Positions 48,579 through 57,462 of a stretch of DNA of 64,000 bases are shown here, in pieces. The translations under genes and the position numbers were made by a program. The stretch covers positions 355-64,354 of the forward strand of contig CAZFKS010000006.1 in assembly GCA_964519725.1 (NCBI GenBank). The letters are read 5' to 3'. The notes below the pieces were generated by a model, which saw only the letters and a program-made list of their open reading frames with translations, was not told where the DNA came from and did not search any database. Each line of letters opens with the position of its first letter. Within the stretch, counting starts at the first letter, position 1. The stretch comes from an uncultured Gammaproteobacteria bacterium (lineage in GTDB: Bacteria; Patescibacteriota; Patescibacteriia; Magasanikbacterales; UBA922).

Positions 48579-49391
48579 ATGTTTTCTGCGCTCACAAAGA
48601 AAATTCAGGTTCTGAAAAATCTTAATTGGTCATGGGCGTGGCGGTATTACCGCAAGCATTTTAAAATTCATTTTTTTTATTTTTTAGCCAAGATTCAGGG
48701 TAAAAAATATTTAACCGTAACTGTATCTGGCACGCCAGTGAAATTAGGCTTTAAGCAGCCATACCATCATTTGTATGCGCGCGCCCTAGCTAAACATGAA
48801 CATGAGTACACTCTGCTGTGTCAATTTAAGCACGCAGCGGCAGCGGTTGGCGCAGGGGATTACATTGTTGATTTTGGTGGGTATAATGGCATGTATGGCT
48901 TGCTTGCGGCTGCGGTTAACCCCCAAGCTACGGTAATTATTGTTGAAGCTGACCCAACCAATGTTGAGGAAATTAAAGCTAATATCGAGCTCAATCAATA
49001 CCAAAATGTTTCAGTTAGTCCAGTGGCCATTGCTGGTGAAAGTGGCACACTTAAATTTCGTTTGCACCAGAGTGGCACAGCGGGTAAATGCGATGAGAAC
49101 GGTGAATACGCGGTGACAGCAGTGACTTTGGCTGAAGTTTTAAAGGGCTCTACTCCAGTCACCGCTTTACTTAAATTTGATGTGCTTGGTGCTGAGTACG
49201 ATGCTTTGTTAAAGGCCAAAACTATTTTGGAAAAAATTCCTCAGCTACGAATTTTACTTGAGTTTTATCCAGTTTTACCTGAAGCTGAAACCAAATTTTG
49301 GGAATATTGTCAGGCCTTAGGATTACAATCAATTTACCTGTATCCACGCAGTGATGGTGGTTCAACTTTTTATTGGTTAACAAAAGGTTAA
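48579..49391 (+). CDS. FkbM-family methyltransferase (putative)
   Basis: DFGGYNGMYGLLAAAV resembles the FkbM D-x-G-A-N-x-G motif. Size fits. Confidence 0.45.
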   Translation: MFSALTKKIQVLKNLNWSWAWRYYRKHFKIHFFYFLAKIQGKKYLTVTVSGTPVKLGFKQPYHHLYARALAKHEHEYTLLCQFKHAAAAVGAGDYIVDFGGYNGMYGLLAAAVNPQATVIIVEADPTNVEEIKANIELNQYQNVSVSPVAIAGESGTLKFRLHQSGTAGKCDENGEYAVTAVTLAEVLKGSTPVTALLKFDVLGAEYDALLKAKTILEKIPQLRILLEFYPVLPEAETKFWEYCQALGLQSIYLYPRSDGGSTFYWLTKG

Positions 49392-49392
49392 T

Positions 49393-50913
49393 ATGAAAGC
49401 GTGTCTATATTTACAACGTCGATTTGCTTACATTGGTCATGAGCTAGCCAAAACTTTAAAAGCTGATTTTGGTGTGAGTGAATTTTGTGGTTATGTGGAA
49501 CAGCGCTCCTCACTAAAATTTTTACAAGAACAAAAGGATATTAATTACAGTACCCTTCTTCTTGATGAAGATATTGTGGGGGCTTATGCTAATGAACCAT
49601 TAAATTTGGCTTACTTAGCTGAGCTGGAAAAAAAATACGGTAAGCCGAGTCTGTGGCCTTATTTGGCTGAAGATCGGGTGATTCGTTATTCACTGTTAGT
49701 GCGGGCCTACCCCTCTGATTCTTCACGCTATTCGCACGAAGAAATGCTTAGAATGCTCCAGACCACAGCTCGGGCAATTGAAGACATGCTCGAAAAAGAA
49801 AAACCAGATTTTATTTTCATGTCAGTAATCAGTGGGCTAGGTAGTTATCTACTCTATACCATTGCTAAGGCTAAAGGGATTAAAACCTACAGTTTGTTTA
49901 ATCCGCGGATTGAAGAACGCTACGCGATTACTGATAATCCTTTTTCTGATCCCACTTTGCGTGATTCAATAATGAAAATGGGTGAACATCGGCCCGAAGA
50001 TAAAGTGTTTATTTCTAGAGCCGAAGAATTTATTGCTGAATTTAGAAAAAAACCAACCTATTATTTAGAAAAATCAAAAGCCGCGGCCCATTATCAGAAA
50101 AAAAATAATCGCGCTTCATATTTTTCTTTTTTAGCACTCGCAAATCTCAATCGAACTGTGAGTTGGTTTTTCAAATCTTTTTACGATTTTTATAACAGCC
50201 CAGCCAAAAATGATTACTCAACCATTAACCCTTGGTACGAAACCTGGGATAAGGCCAAACGCAAAGCCCGGATTTTGCGGGGTTATAATGATTTGTTTGA
50301 TCAAATTAAGCCAGATGAGGATTATGCGTTTTTTCCGCTCCAAAGCGAACCAGAGGGTTTGCCAATGCTCTTGGCCCCTAACTACGCTACTGATCAGATT
50401 TGGGTGGTAAAACAAGTAGCCCGCTCTTTGCCAGTACACTTTAAATTGTATGTTAAGGAGCATCCGGTCATGATTGGAAAAAGACCACGTTCTTATTATG
50501 AGGCATTAAAAAAGATTCCTAATGTGCGGCTGCTAAATCCAGGTTTGTCGGCCTTAGCTTTAATTGATAAAGCAAAACTTATTTTTACCATTAGTAGCAC
50601 TACTGGAATGGAAGCAGTTTTGCTCGGCAAACCAATCATTACCTTGTCTGATGTGTTTTACGCGGTGATTCCTGGCGTGGGGCGGTGCCGGTCAGTTGAA
50701 GAACTGCCTGAGCTAGTCAAAGAAAAATTAACTAATTTTAAAAGTAATGAAACTGACATAGTAAATACCGTCGCTTTTTTCTTGAAAGAAAGTGTGCCAG
50801 TAGATTTAACCCAGCTCTGGGATGTTGAAGGTGGAAGCACAATTCAGAATCAGCGCCAAACTTTGTACCCACTGGCTGAATTACTCATGAAAAAGGTCAG
50901 TAAGTTGTTATAA
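49393..50913 (+). CDS. capsule-polysaccharide-biosynthesis (KpsS/KpsC, Capsule_synth/GT107-like) protein
   Basis: YAFFPLQSEPEGLPMLLAPNY resembles the Capsule_synth 'PLQ' block. ~500 aa, soluble. Confidence 0.45.
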   Translation: MKACLYLQRRFAYIGHELAKTLKADFGVSEFCGYVEQRSSLKFLQEQKDINYSTLLLDEDIVGAYANEPLNLAYLAELEKKYGKPSLWPYLAEDRVIRYSLLVRAYPSDSSRYSHEEMLRMLQTTARAIEDMLEKEKPDFIFMSVISGLGSYLLYTIAKAKGIKTYSLFNPRIEERYAITDNPFSDPTLRDSIMKMGEHRPEDKVFISRAEEFIAEFRKKPTYYLEKSKAAAHYQKKNNRASYFSFLALANLNRTVSWFFKSFYDFYNSPAKNDYSTINPWYETWDKAKRKARILRGYNDLFDQIKPDEDYAFFPLQSEPEGLPMLLAPNYATDQIWVVKQVARSLPVHFKLYVKEHPVMIGKRPRSYYEALKKIPNVRLLNPGLSALALIDKAKLIFTISSTTGMEAVLLGKPIITLSDVFYAVIPGVGRCRSVEELPELVKEKLTNFKSNETDIVNTVAFFLKESVPVDLTQLWDVEGGSTIQNQRQTLYPLAELLMKKVSKLL

Positions 50914-50915
50914 AT

Positions 50916-53171
50916 ATGTCTAAACCAGTCAAAATTATTGCTACACTTGGTCCGGCTACAAAAACTGAAGCAGCCGTTCGTTTACTCAAAGATCGGGGTG
51001 TGGATTTAGTGCGCGTAAACATGTCGCACTCAAATTTGACTGACCTTAGGTATTTTATTGATTTAGCTAAAAAGGTTGGGATTCCGTTTGTGCTTGATAC
51101 TGAAGGCTCACAAATTCGAACTGGGGCTTTAACTGAAAAAATGATTTATGTTGAAGAGGGGGCTGAGATAGCTCTGTACGCTGACGCAATTATTGGGGAT
51201 AGTACCAAGCTAACCTTAACCCCACACACGGTTGTTAGTGAACTAGAAGCAGGAGATATTTTGCGCGTGGATTTTGACACTTTGATTTTGCGCGTCAATG
51301 ACACCAGTACGGTTAAACAAGGATTTATCAAAGCCACGGCTGTATCAGCCGGTTACGTGGGCAATAATAAAGGCGTGGTGGTGGATACGGGCACGCCGCG
51401 CAACTTTACCCTGCCTGGTTTAACCGCCAAAGATCGAGAAGCGATTGCCATTGGCTTGGCCGAAGGCGTGGGTTACATTGCGGCTTCATTTATGCGCTCA
51501 GCGGCTTATGTAGATGAAGTACGGGAAGTCACTAAAGGAACCATGAAAATTATTTCTAAAATTGAGTGTGTTGATGGTCTAGAAAATTTAGACGAAATTA
51601 TTGAGGCCACTGATTTTTTACTAATTGATCGGGGTGATTTAAGTAAGGAAATTCCTTTGGAAAAAATTCCTTTGACCCAAAAAATTATTTTGCACCGGGC
51701 ACGCCAAAAAAATAAAGGTGTGTTTGTGGCGACTAATTTGCTAGAAACCATGGTGGAAAAAAAGAAACCAACGCGCGCTGAAATTCACGATGTGGTAAAT
51801 ACAATTATGGATGGTGCTTATGGTTTGGCCCTGTCAGCTGAAACAGCAATTGGTAAATATCCAGTTGAATGCGCTACGATGCTTAATCGTTTGATCTTGC
51901 ACATTGATAAAACTGTGGCTGTAAAAGATTTTGTATCAGAAGAAGACAAACTGGTGGCCAAAATGGAGTCAGATAATTATTTGTTAAATATTGAATCAGC
52001 CTCTACTTTAATTGAGCCACACGGCGGCAAATTAGTTGACCGCATGCTAAAGAAAAAACCTGAGACAGCCTGGCTTAAAACCTTACCAAAAATTGCCCTG
52101 GATGATAATGCGGAAATGGATGTGGAGCAAATTGCGATCGGCACTTTTAGTCCGCTAACTGGTTTCATGGGTGAAAAAGAAGTGCAGAGTGTGCTTGATA
52201 CCATGCGTTTACCAAATGGTTTGATTTGGCCACTGCCAATTGTCCTGGATGTAAATGAAGAAACCGCTAAAAAATTAGAAGTCGGTAAACAGGCGGTGCT
52301 CCAAAGTGTTCAGGGAACAGCCTTGGCTCTTATTACCGTGAGTGAATTATATTCGATTGATAAAAAAGAATTTGCCGAAAAATTATACGGTACCTTAGAT
52401 GAGACTCACCCTGGGGTGGCGCGGGTGATGAAAATGAACCCAGTCTTAGTGGCTGGGGCGATTGATTTGTTTGAGCGCCGTCCATCTGAAACCAGGGCCT
52501 ATGAATTAACCCCACGGCAAGTGCGTCGTTTGTTTGATGAGCGCGGCTGGACCAAAGTAGTTGGTTTTCATACCCGCAATGTTATTCACCGTAGTCATGA
52601 ATTTATTCAATTAAAAGCCATGGAACAGGAATTGTGTGATGGCCTGTTTGTACACCCAGTAATTGGAAAGAAAAAACCTCGTGATTTTAATGCTCCTTAC
52701 ATTATCAAGAGCTATGAAATGATGATGAAGGATTTTTATCCTCGCAATAAAGTGGTGTTTGCTACTTACGCTACTTTTTCTCGTTACGCTGGTCCGCGTG
52801 AAGCACTGTTTACTGCTCTCTGCCGGCAAAACTTTGGCTGTAGTCACTTTATTGTTGGACGCGATCACACGGGAGTTGGGAAATTTTACGCACCAACGGC
52901 GTCACATGATATTTTTGATCAATTTCCTGATTTGAAAATTAAACCCGTGCGTTTTGAACAAGTTTTTTACTCTGCTAAAAAGAATGACCACGTGCACGAG
53001 GCGGAAGATACTGAACATGCTCAAGACGAGAAACTTCACATTAGTGGGACTGAAGCGCGCAAAATGTTAGAAAAAGGCCAGCTTCCACCCAACTGGTTTA
53101 TGCGTCCAGAAATTTCAGAGATGATTCTAAAGGCGCTGGCTAATGGCGAAGAAGTTTTTGTTAAAGAATAA
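50916..53171 (+). CDS. fusion protein: pyruvate-kinase-like TIM-barrel domain (N) + sulfate adenylyltransferase / ATP sulfurylase (C)
   Basis: N-terminal ~340 aa: IIATLGPAT...LVRVNMSHSN...LDTEGSQIRTG...ISKIECVDGLENLDEII...DRGDLSKEIP...VATNLLETM. The PK active-site Arg/Asn, Lys-Ile-Glu, Asp and Thr are all kept, and there is no PK C-terminal domain. C-terminal ~400 aa: HTRNVIHRSHE and IVGRDHTGVG are ATP-sulfurylase signatures. It is a single uninterrupted ORF. Confidence 0.7.
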   Translation: MSKPVKIIATLGPATKTEAAVRLLKDRGVDLVRVNMSHSNLTDLRYFIDLAKKVGIPFVLDTEGSQIRTGALTEKMIYVEEGAEIALYADAIIGDSTKLTLTPHTVVSELEAGDILRVDFDTLILRVNDTSTVKQGFIKATAVSAGYVGNNKGVVVDTGTPRNFTLPGLTAKDREAIAIGLAEGVGYIAASFMRSAAYVDEVREVTKGTMKIISKIECVDGLENLDEIIEATDFLLIDRGDLSKEIPLEKIPLTQKIILHRARQKNKGVFVATNLLETMVEKKKPTRAEIHDVVNTIMDGAYGLALSAETAIGKYPVECATMLNRLILHIDKTVAVKDFVSEEDKLVAKMESDNYLLNIESASTLIEPHGGKLVDRMLKKKPETAWLKTLPKIALDDNAEMDVEQIAIGTFSPLTGFMGEKEVQSVLDTMRLPNGLIWPLPIVLDVNEETAKKLEVGKQAVLQSVQGTALALITVSELYSIDKKEFAEKLYGTLDETHPGVARVMKMNPVLVAGAIDLFERRPSETRAYELTPRQVRRLFDERGWTKVVGFHTRNVIHRSHEFIQLKAMEQELCDGLFVHPVIGKKKPRDFNAPYIIKSYEMMMKDFYPRNKVVFATYATFSRYAGPREALFTALCRQNFGCSHFIVGRDHTGVGKFYAPTASHDIFDQFPDLKIKPVRFEQVFYSAKKNDHVHEAEDTEHAQDEKLHISGTEARKMLEKGQLPPNWFMRPEISEMILKALANGEEVFVKE

Positions 53172-53173
53172 TT

Positions 53174-54430
53174 ATGACAAGCCTTAATGCTTTAGAATTG
53201 TCGCGTTTCATCTTTGCTCTTGTCGCTCTGGTAGCTGGTGCACATTGTTTGGGGTGGGTTTTTCAAAAGTGTAAAATGCCCAAGGTAATTGGGGAGATTA
53301 GTGCCGGTTTATTGCTTGGCCCAACAGTTTTAGGTTGGCTTTACCCGGTTGGATATAGTTATTTATTTACCAGTTTTCCAGAATCAAGCAAATTATTATC
53401 ACTCATGTCATCATTTGGCTTGATTTTTCTCATGTTTATTTCTGGATTTGAATCCAAAGAAAAAATTGCTAAACCAGATCAAAAAATTGTTGTTAACTTG
53501 CTTTTGGGAGCCACAATCATTCCACTCTTAGGTGGTTGGTTTATTCCTAAAATATTCGATATCAAGCCATTTTTAGGTACAGCCAATAATCTCCCGGCAC
53601 TCACTGCAATTTTGGCTTTGGCAGTAGCTGTCACTTCAATTCCAGTGATTGCAAAAATTTTTCTTGACCTCGGTCTGATCCAAACTAGGTTTGCCCGTCT
53701 TGTTTTGGCCGTAGCCACGCTTGAAGATATTATTTTGTGGGGAATTCTGGCGGTAGTGAGTGGTGTAATTGTCAAAGGTGATACGTCGGTTACAAGTATC
53801 TTGGTTAGTGTGGCTATTACCATGGCATTTTTTGTGGTTGCGCTTTTGGTAGTACCGCGAGTCATAAAACCAATCAGTAATAATCGGTTTAACATATTAA
53901 TAAAAGCATCGCCAGTTTCATATATTTTAATTATTTGTTTAATTTTTTCTTTTTTAGCTAGTGTACTCAATGTAAATTTAATTTTTGGTGCTTTATTGGC
54001 GGGCATTATCGTCGCTCGCATGAATGATGAGCGTTTTGAAAAAGTAAAAAATACGATCAAAGATTTTTCCGTTGCCCTCTTTATTCCGGTCTATTTTGCT
54101 GTGGTTGGTTTAAAATTAGATTTAGTACATGCGTTCGATGTCTCTGCCTTTATTACGTTTCTATTGTTTGCCATAGTACTAAAAACTGCAGGTACTTTAA
54201 TTGCCGCCAAGGGTTTGAGAATGAACTGGACCTCAAGCGTAAATTTTGCGGTGGCTTTGAATGCACGCGGTGGCCCTGGTATTGTCTTGGCAACAGTGGC
54301 GTATGACCTTGGAATTATTAACCAAAGTTTGTTTGTAATTTTGGTTATGACCGCGATTGTTACTTCACTTTTGGCGGGTATTTGGTTTAGAAGGGAACGT
54401 GAAAGTGGCCGTGAATTATTACCAGAATAA
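53174..54430 (+). CDS. cation:proton antiporter (CPA/Na_H_exchanger family) membrane protein
   Basis: MPKVIGEISAGLLLGPTVLGWL is the N-terminal CPA signature. ~12 TM segments. Confidence 0.6.
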   Translation: MTSLNALELSRFIFALVALVAGAHCLGWVFQKCKMPKVIGEISAGLLLGPTVLGWLYPVGYSYLFTSFPESSKLLSLMSSFGLIFLMFISGFESKEKIAKPDQKIVVNLLLGATIIPLLGGWFIPKIFDIKPFLGTANNLPALTAILALAVAVTSIPVIAKIFLDLGLIQTRFARLVLAVATLEDIILWGILAVVSGVIVKGDTSVTSILVSVAITMAFFVVALLVVPRVIKPISNNRFNILIKASPVSYILIICLIFSFLASVLNVNLIFGALLAGIIVARMNDERFEKVKNTIKDFSVALFIPVYFAVVGLKLDLVHAFDVSAFITFLLFAIVLKTAGTLIAAKGLRMNWTSSVNFAVALNARGGPGIVLATVAYDLGIINQSLFVILVMTAIVTSLLAGIWFRRERESGRELLPE

Positions 54431-54431
54431 T

Positions 54432-54959
54432 ATGAGTACAATTCTTTGGTTTACTGGTTTAAGCGGGAGTGGCAAGACCACCTTGGCTTTTTTGCTCAAA
54501 GAAAAATTAGAACAAGGTGGCAAAACAGTCACTATTGTGGATGGTGACACGGTGCGTGATAAATATGAACAGAAATTAGGTTTTACCAGAGCTGATATTA
54601 TTCAAAATAATGACCGCATCACCACGTACATAACTGAAATTAAAAACCAGTTTGATTTTATTTTAGTGCCAGTGATTGCGCCGTTTAGTGAAGTACGTGC
54701 GGCCAATAAAACCAAATTGGGGGCAGATTATTTAGAAATTTATGTGTCATGCCCAGTGGCGGTGTGTGCGGAGCGTGATGTAAAAGGTCTGTATGCCAAA
54801 GCTGAACGTGGTGAAATTGAAGCCATGATTGGGATTGATCCGCAAAAACCATACGAAGTTCCAACTAACCCCGATCTGATCATTGATACAGTTAATCAGA
54901 GTCAGTCAGAAAACATTGAAGCTTTGCTAGAATGGTTAAAGGGTCTGCAGAAAATATGA
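54432..54959 (+). CDS. cysC: adenylyl-sulfate (APS) kinase
   Basis: The ATG at 54432 gives ILWFTGLSGSGKTTLA...VDGDTVR, P-loop APS-kinase motifs. The track start 54357 is an extension. Confidence 0.85.
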   Translation: MSTILWFTGLSGSGKTTLAFLLKEKLEQGGKTVTIVDGDTVRDKYEQKLGFTRADIIQNNDRITTYITEIKNQFDFILVPVIAPFSEVRAANKTKLGADYLEIYVSCPVAVCAERDVKGLYAKAERGEIEAMIGIDPQKPYEVPTNPDLIIDTVNQSQSENIEALLEWLKGLQKI

Positions 54960-55753
54960 CCCCATCATTTTCGTCAGATTTGGTTTTGGCTATTCAGGCG
55001 GCTGAGGCGGCTGGTAAAGCCGTAACGCAAATTTATCAAACTGATTATTCATTCCAAATCAAGTCAGACAATTCGCCAGTAACAGAGGCTGATTTGGTGA
55101 GTGATCAAATCATTAGTACAACTTTAGCAAAAACTAATTACCCAATTAGTTCTGAGGAAAATGAACATCTGACCGATTGTAGTGTGGGTAAGGCCTGGAT
55201 CGTTGATCCACTTGATGGGACGAAAGATTTTATTGCAAAAACTGGCGAATTTACAATTTTAATTGGTTTAATTGAAAATGGACAAGCTGTGGCCGGGGTA
55301 ATTTACCAGCCAACCACTAATTTGATTTGGGTGGCGGAAAAAGGCAAGGGCGCTTATAAGCGGGTGCAAAATAATTGGGAAAAAATTTGGGTAAGAGAAC
55401 AGACTGAACTTAGCACAGCGCAGGTCACCATGAGTCGACACCATTTAGGAGAACTAGAAAAAAATATTTTGCAGACTTTGGGTTTAAGCTACACCTCAAA
55501 AGGTAGCTGCGGTTATAAAATGGCCCAAATTGCTTCGGGGAAGTTTGATCTTTACTTTGCGTTTGGGCCCAAACAGTGGGACATATGCGCTGGTGACATT
55601 ATTTTGGCTGAGGCCGGGGGTAGTTTAACCCAGGTCACGGGCGAACCCATTCAGTACGGTGGTTTGGACAGGAAAATTCCTAATGGTATAATCGCTGCCA
55701 GTGGTGTACACCGCCAATTTATTGATTTTTACAAACAGTATGGCAAAAACTAA
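54956..55753 (+). CDS. cysQ: 3'(2'),5'-bisphosphate nucleotidase (inositol-monophosphatase fold, CysQ-like)
   Basis: ATGA overlap with cysC. EENEHL...WIVDPLDGTKDFI...WDICAG motifs. Confidence 0.75.
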   Translation: MTPSFSSDLVLAIQAAEAAGKAVTQIYQTDYSFQIKSDNSPVTEADLVSDQIISTTLAKTNYPISSEENEHLTDCSVGKAWIVDPLDGTKDFIAKTGEFTILIGLIENGQAVAGVIYQPTTNLIWVAEKGKGAYKRVQNNWEKIWVREQTELSTAQVTMSRHHLGELEKNILQTLGLSYTSKGSCGYKMAQIASGKFDLYFAFGPKQWDICAGDIILAEAGGSLTQVTGEPIQYGGLDRKIPNGIIAASGVHRQFIDFYKQYGKN

Positions 55754-56702
55754 AGCCGTGGTTGGGGAGCGCAAACCATTTGTTAAAAAGCTGCTTTTGG
55801 TAGAAGGTATTTCTCGGTCTGGAAAATTTCTCATGGCTGATCTTTTGGGTGGCTTAGAAGGTATTGAGGCCGTCCAGTATTATGGACTTTTAGAACACAT
55901 TCCATTTTTGGAAAAGTTTGGGTTAATGGACCGTAAAACTGCTAGTGAAATTTTAAAGTGTGAAATTGATACGCATGCTTATGAAATGGCGATTGGGCGT
56001 AATTTTAATCACCGGAAAACGGACAAATCATCAATTCATAAAAATCCGCACGCGGCTAAATTTCTCAAACGCCCAGAACAAAGTGATCTAGAAAAATTAC
56101 TGGCTGAATATCGCAAGCAGGATCCATATAGTTTTTTTGTCATGCACGAGCTTATTCCGAACGCGAAAATATTTTTTGAAACTTTTCCAAATTTAAAAAT
56201 TGTTAGTTTGCAGCGCAGCCCAGTGGAATTAGTAGATTCGTGGTATCGTCGCGGGTTGGCAAAACGCCTGGGTGATGATCCAACGTTATTTATTATTCCT
56301 TTTAAAAAAGGCAAAGCTAAGTTTCCGTGGTATGCGGTGGGCCAGGAAAAAGAATACAGCCAACTAACTGATATGGATCGGACAATTTTTGCCATTGAGC
56401 GAATTGTAAGTCTGTATGCAGAAGGTTTGAAGAAATTAAATAAAAAAGAGCAGGCCCAAATTTTGTTTGTACGGTACGAAGATATCATGACTGATACTAA
56501 AGTGGTAGTAAAAAAGATTAGTAACTTTTTGGGTAAAAAACCCGTGAAACAACTGGCGGCGGTGCTTAAGCGAGAGCGGTTACCAAACCTTGCTTACCGT
56601 GGCACACGTGAGCAAAAATTGCAAAGCATTAAAAAATTGGCCAGCCCAAGTTATTTCAAGCGTTTGCAAAAATTAGAGGCCAAATATTTGATTAGCCAGT
56701 AA
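55740..56702 (+). CDS. putative PAPS-dependent sulfotransferase
   Basis: LLLVEGISRSGKFLMADLL resembles the 5'-PSB loop of bacterial/Stf0-type sulfotransferases. The C-terminal VRYEDIMTD...ISNFLG resembles the sulfotransferase tail. It sits right after sat/cysC/cysQ. Confidence 0.4.
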   Translation: MAKTKAVVGERKPFVKKLLLVEGISRSGKFLMADLLGGLEGIEAVQYYGLLEHIPFLEKFGLMDRKTASEILKCEIDTHAYEMAIGRNFNHRKTDKSSIHKNPHAAKFLKRPEQSDLEKLLAEYRKQDPYSFFVMHELIPNAKIFFETFPNLKIVSLQRSPVELVDSWYRRGLAKRLGDDPTLFIIPFKKGKAKFPWYAVGQEKEYSQLTDMDRTIFAIERIVSLYAEGLKKLNKKEQAQILFVRYEDIMTDTKVVVKKISNFLGKKPVKQLAAVLKRERLPNLAYRGTREQKLQSIKKLASPSYFKRLQKLEAKYLISQ

Positions 56703-56703
56703 C

Positions 56704-57462
56704 ATGAAAAATATTCGTCTGATTCCCCGCCTTGATATTAAAGGCGAAAATGTTGTGAAGCCGGTTCAAACTGAAGCTTTGCGAGTGGTTGGTGATCCAA
56801 CGGTTTTGGCCAAGCGCTACTACGAAGAGGGAGCGGACGAGTTGTTGTACTTAGATATTGTGGCTAGTTTATACCAACGAAACATTGATTTTGACTTATT
56901 AAAAAAAGTGACTGAGGGAATTTTCATTCCAGTTACGGTTGGTGGTGGAATTCGAACGATTCAAGATATTAATAATGCGCTCAGAGCTGGGGCTGATAAA
57001 GTGGCCATCAACACTCATGTTATTCATCATCCCGAATTTATTACTGAGGCAGTTCAGGAATTTGGAGCACAGTGTATTACTGTATATATTGAGGCTAAAC
57101 GAAGACCAAATGGTAGTTACGAGGCTTATACAGATGGTGGTCGAGAGCGGAGCGGAGTTGAAGTCATTAGCTGGGCTAAGCGGGCGGTCGAATTAGGTGC
57201 GGGTGAAATTTTAATTACTTCAATTGATGCTGATGGAACAAAAAATGGTTTTGATTTGGAATTAATTAAACAAATCACAGCGTGGGCCACAGTGCCAGTG
57301 ATTGCTCATGGTGGAGCCTGTGATCCAGCTTCAATTGCTAGGGTGATTATCGAGGGTCAAGCTGACGCAGTCGCCGCGTCAACTATTTTTCACTTTGAAG
57401 AGTATTCAATTCCGACTGTAAAAAAATATTTACAGGCAGAAAAAATTCCAGTCCGCCTATGA
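56704..57462 (+). CDS. HisF-like cyclase subunit paralogue (WbuZ-type) of a sugar amidotransferase complex
   Basis: IRLIPRLDIKGENVVKPVQTEALRVVGDPTVLAKRYYEEGADELLYLDIVAS is a HisF fold. Confidence 0.8.
   Translation: MKNIRLIPRLDIKGENVVKPVQTEALRVVGDPTVLAKRYYEEGADELLYLDIVASLYQRNIDFDLLKKVTEGIFIPVTVGGGIRTIQDINNALRAGADKVAINTHVIHHPEFITEAVQEFGAQCITVYIEAKRRPNGSYEAYTDGGRERSGVEVISWAKRAVELGAGEILITSIDADGTKNGFDLELIKQITAWATVPVIAHGGACDPASIARVIIEGQADAVAASTIFHFEEYSIPTVKKYLQAEKIPVRL

Noticed and set aside
53174-54430. Calling the membrane protein in the sulfation module a sulfate permease
   Set aside because: The N-terminal signature matches the cation:proton antiporter family, not SulP/CysZ/CysP. The call stays CPA-family and the context is flagged as a finding.
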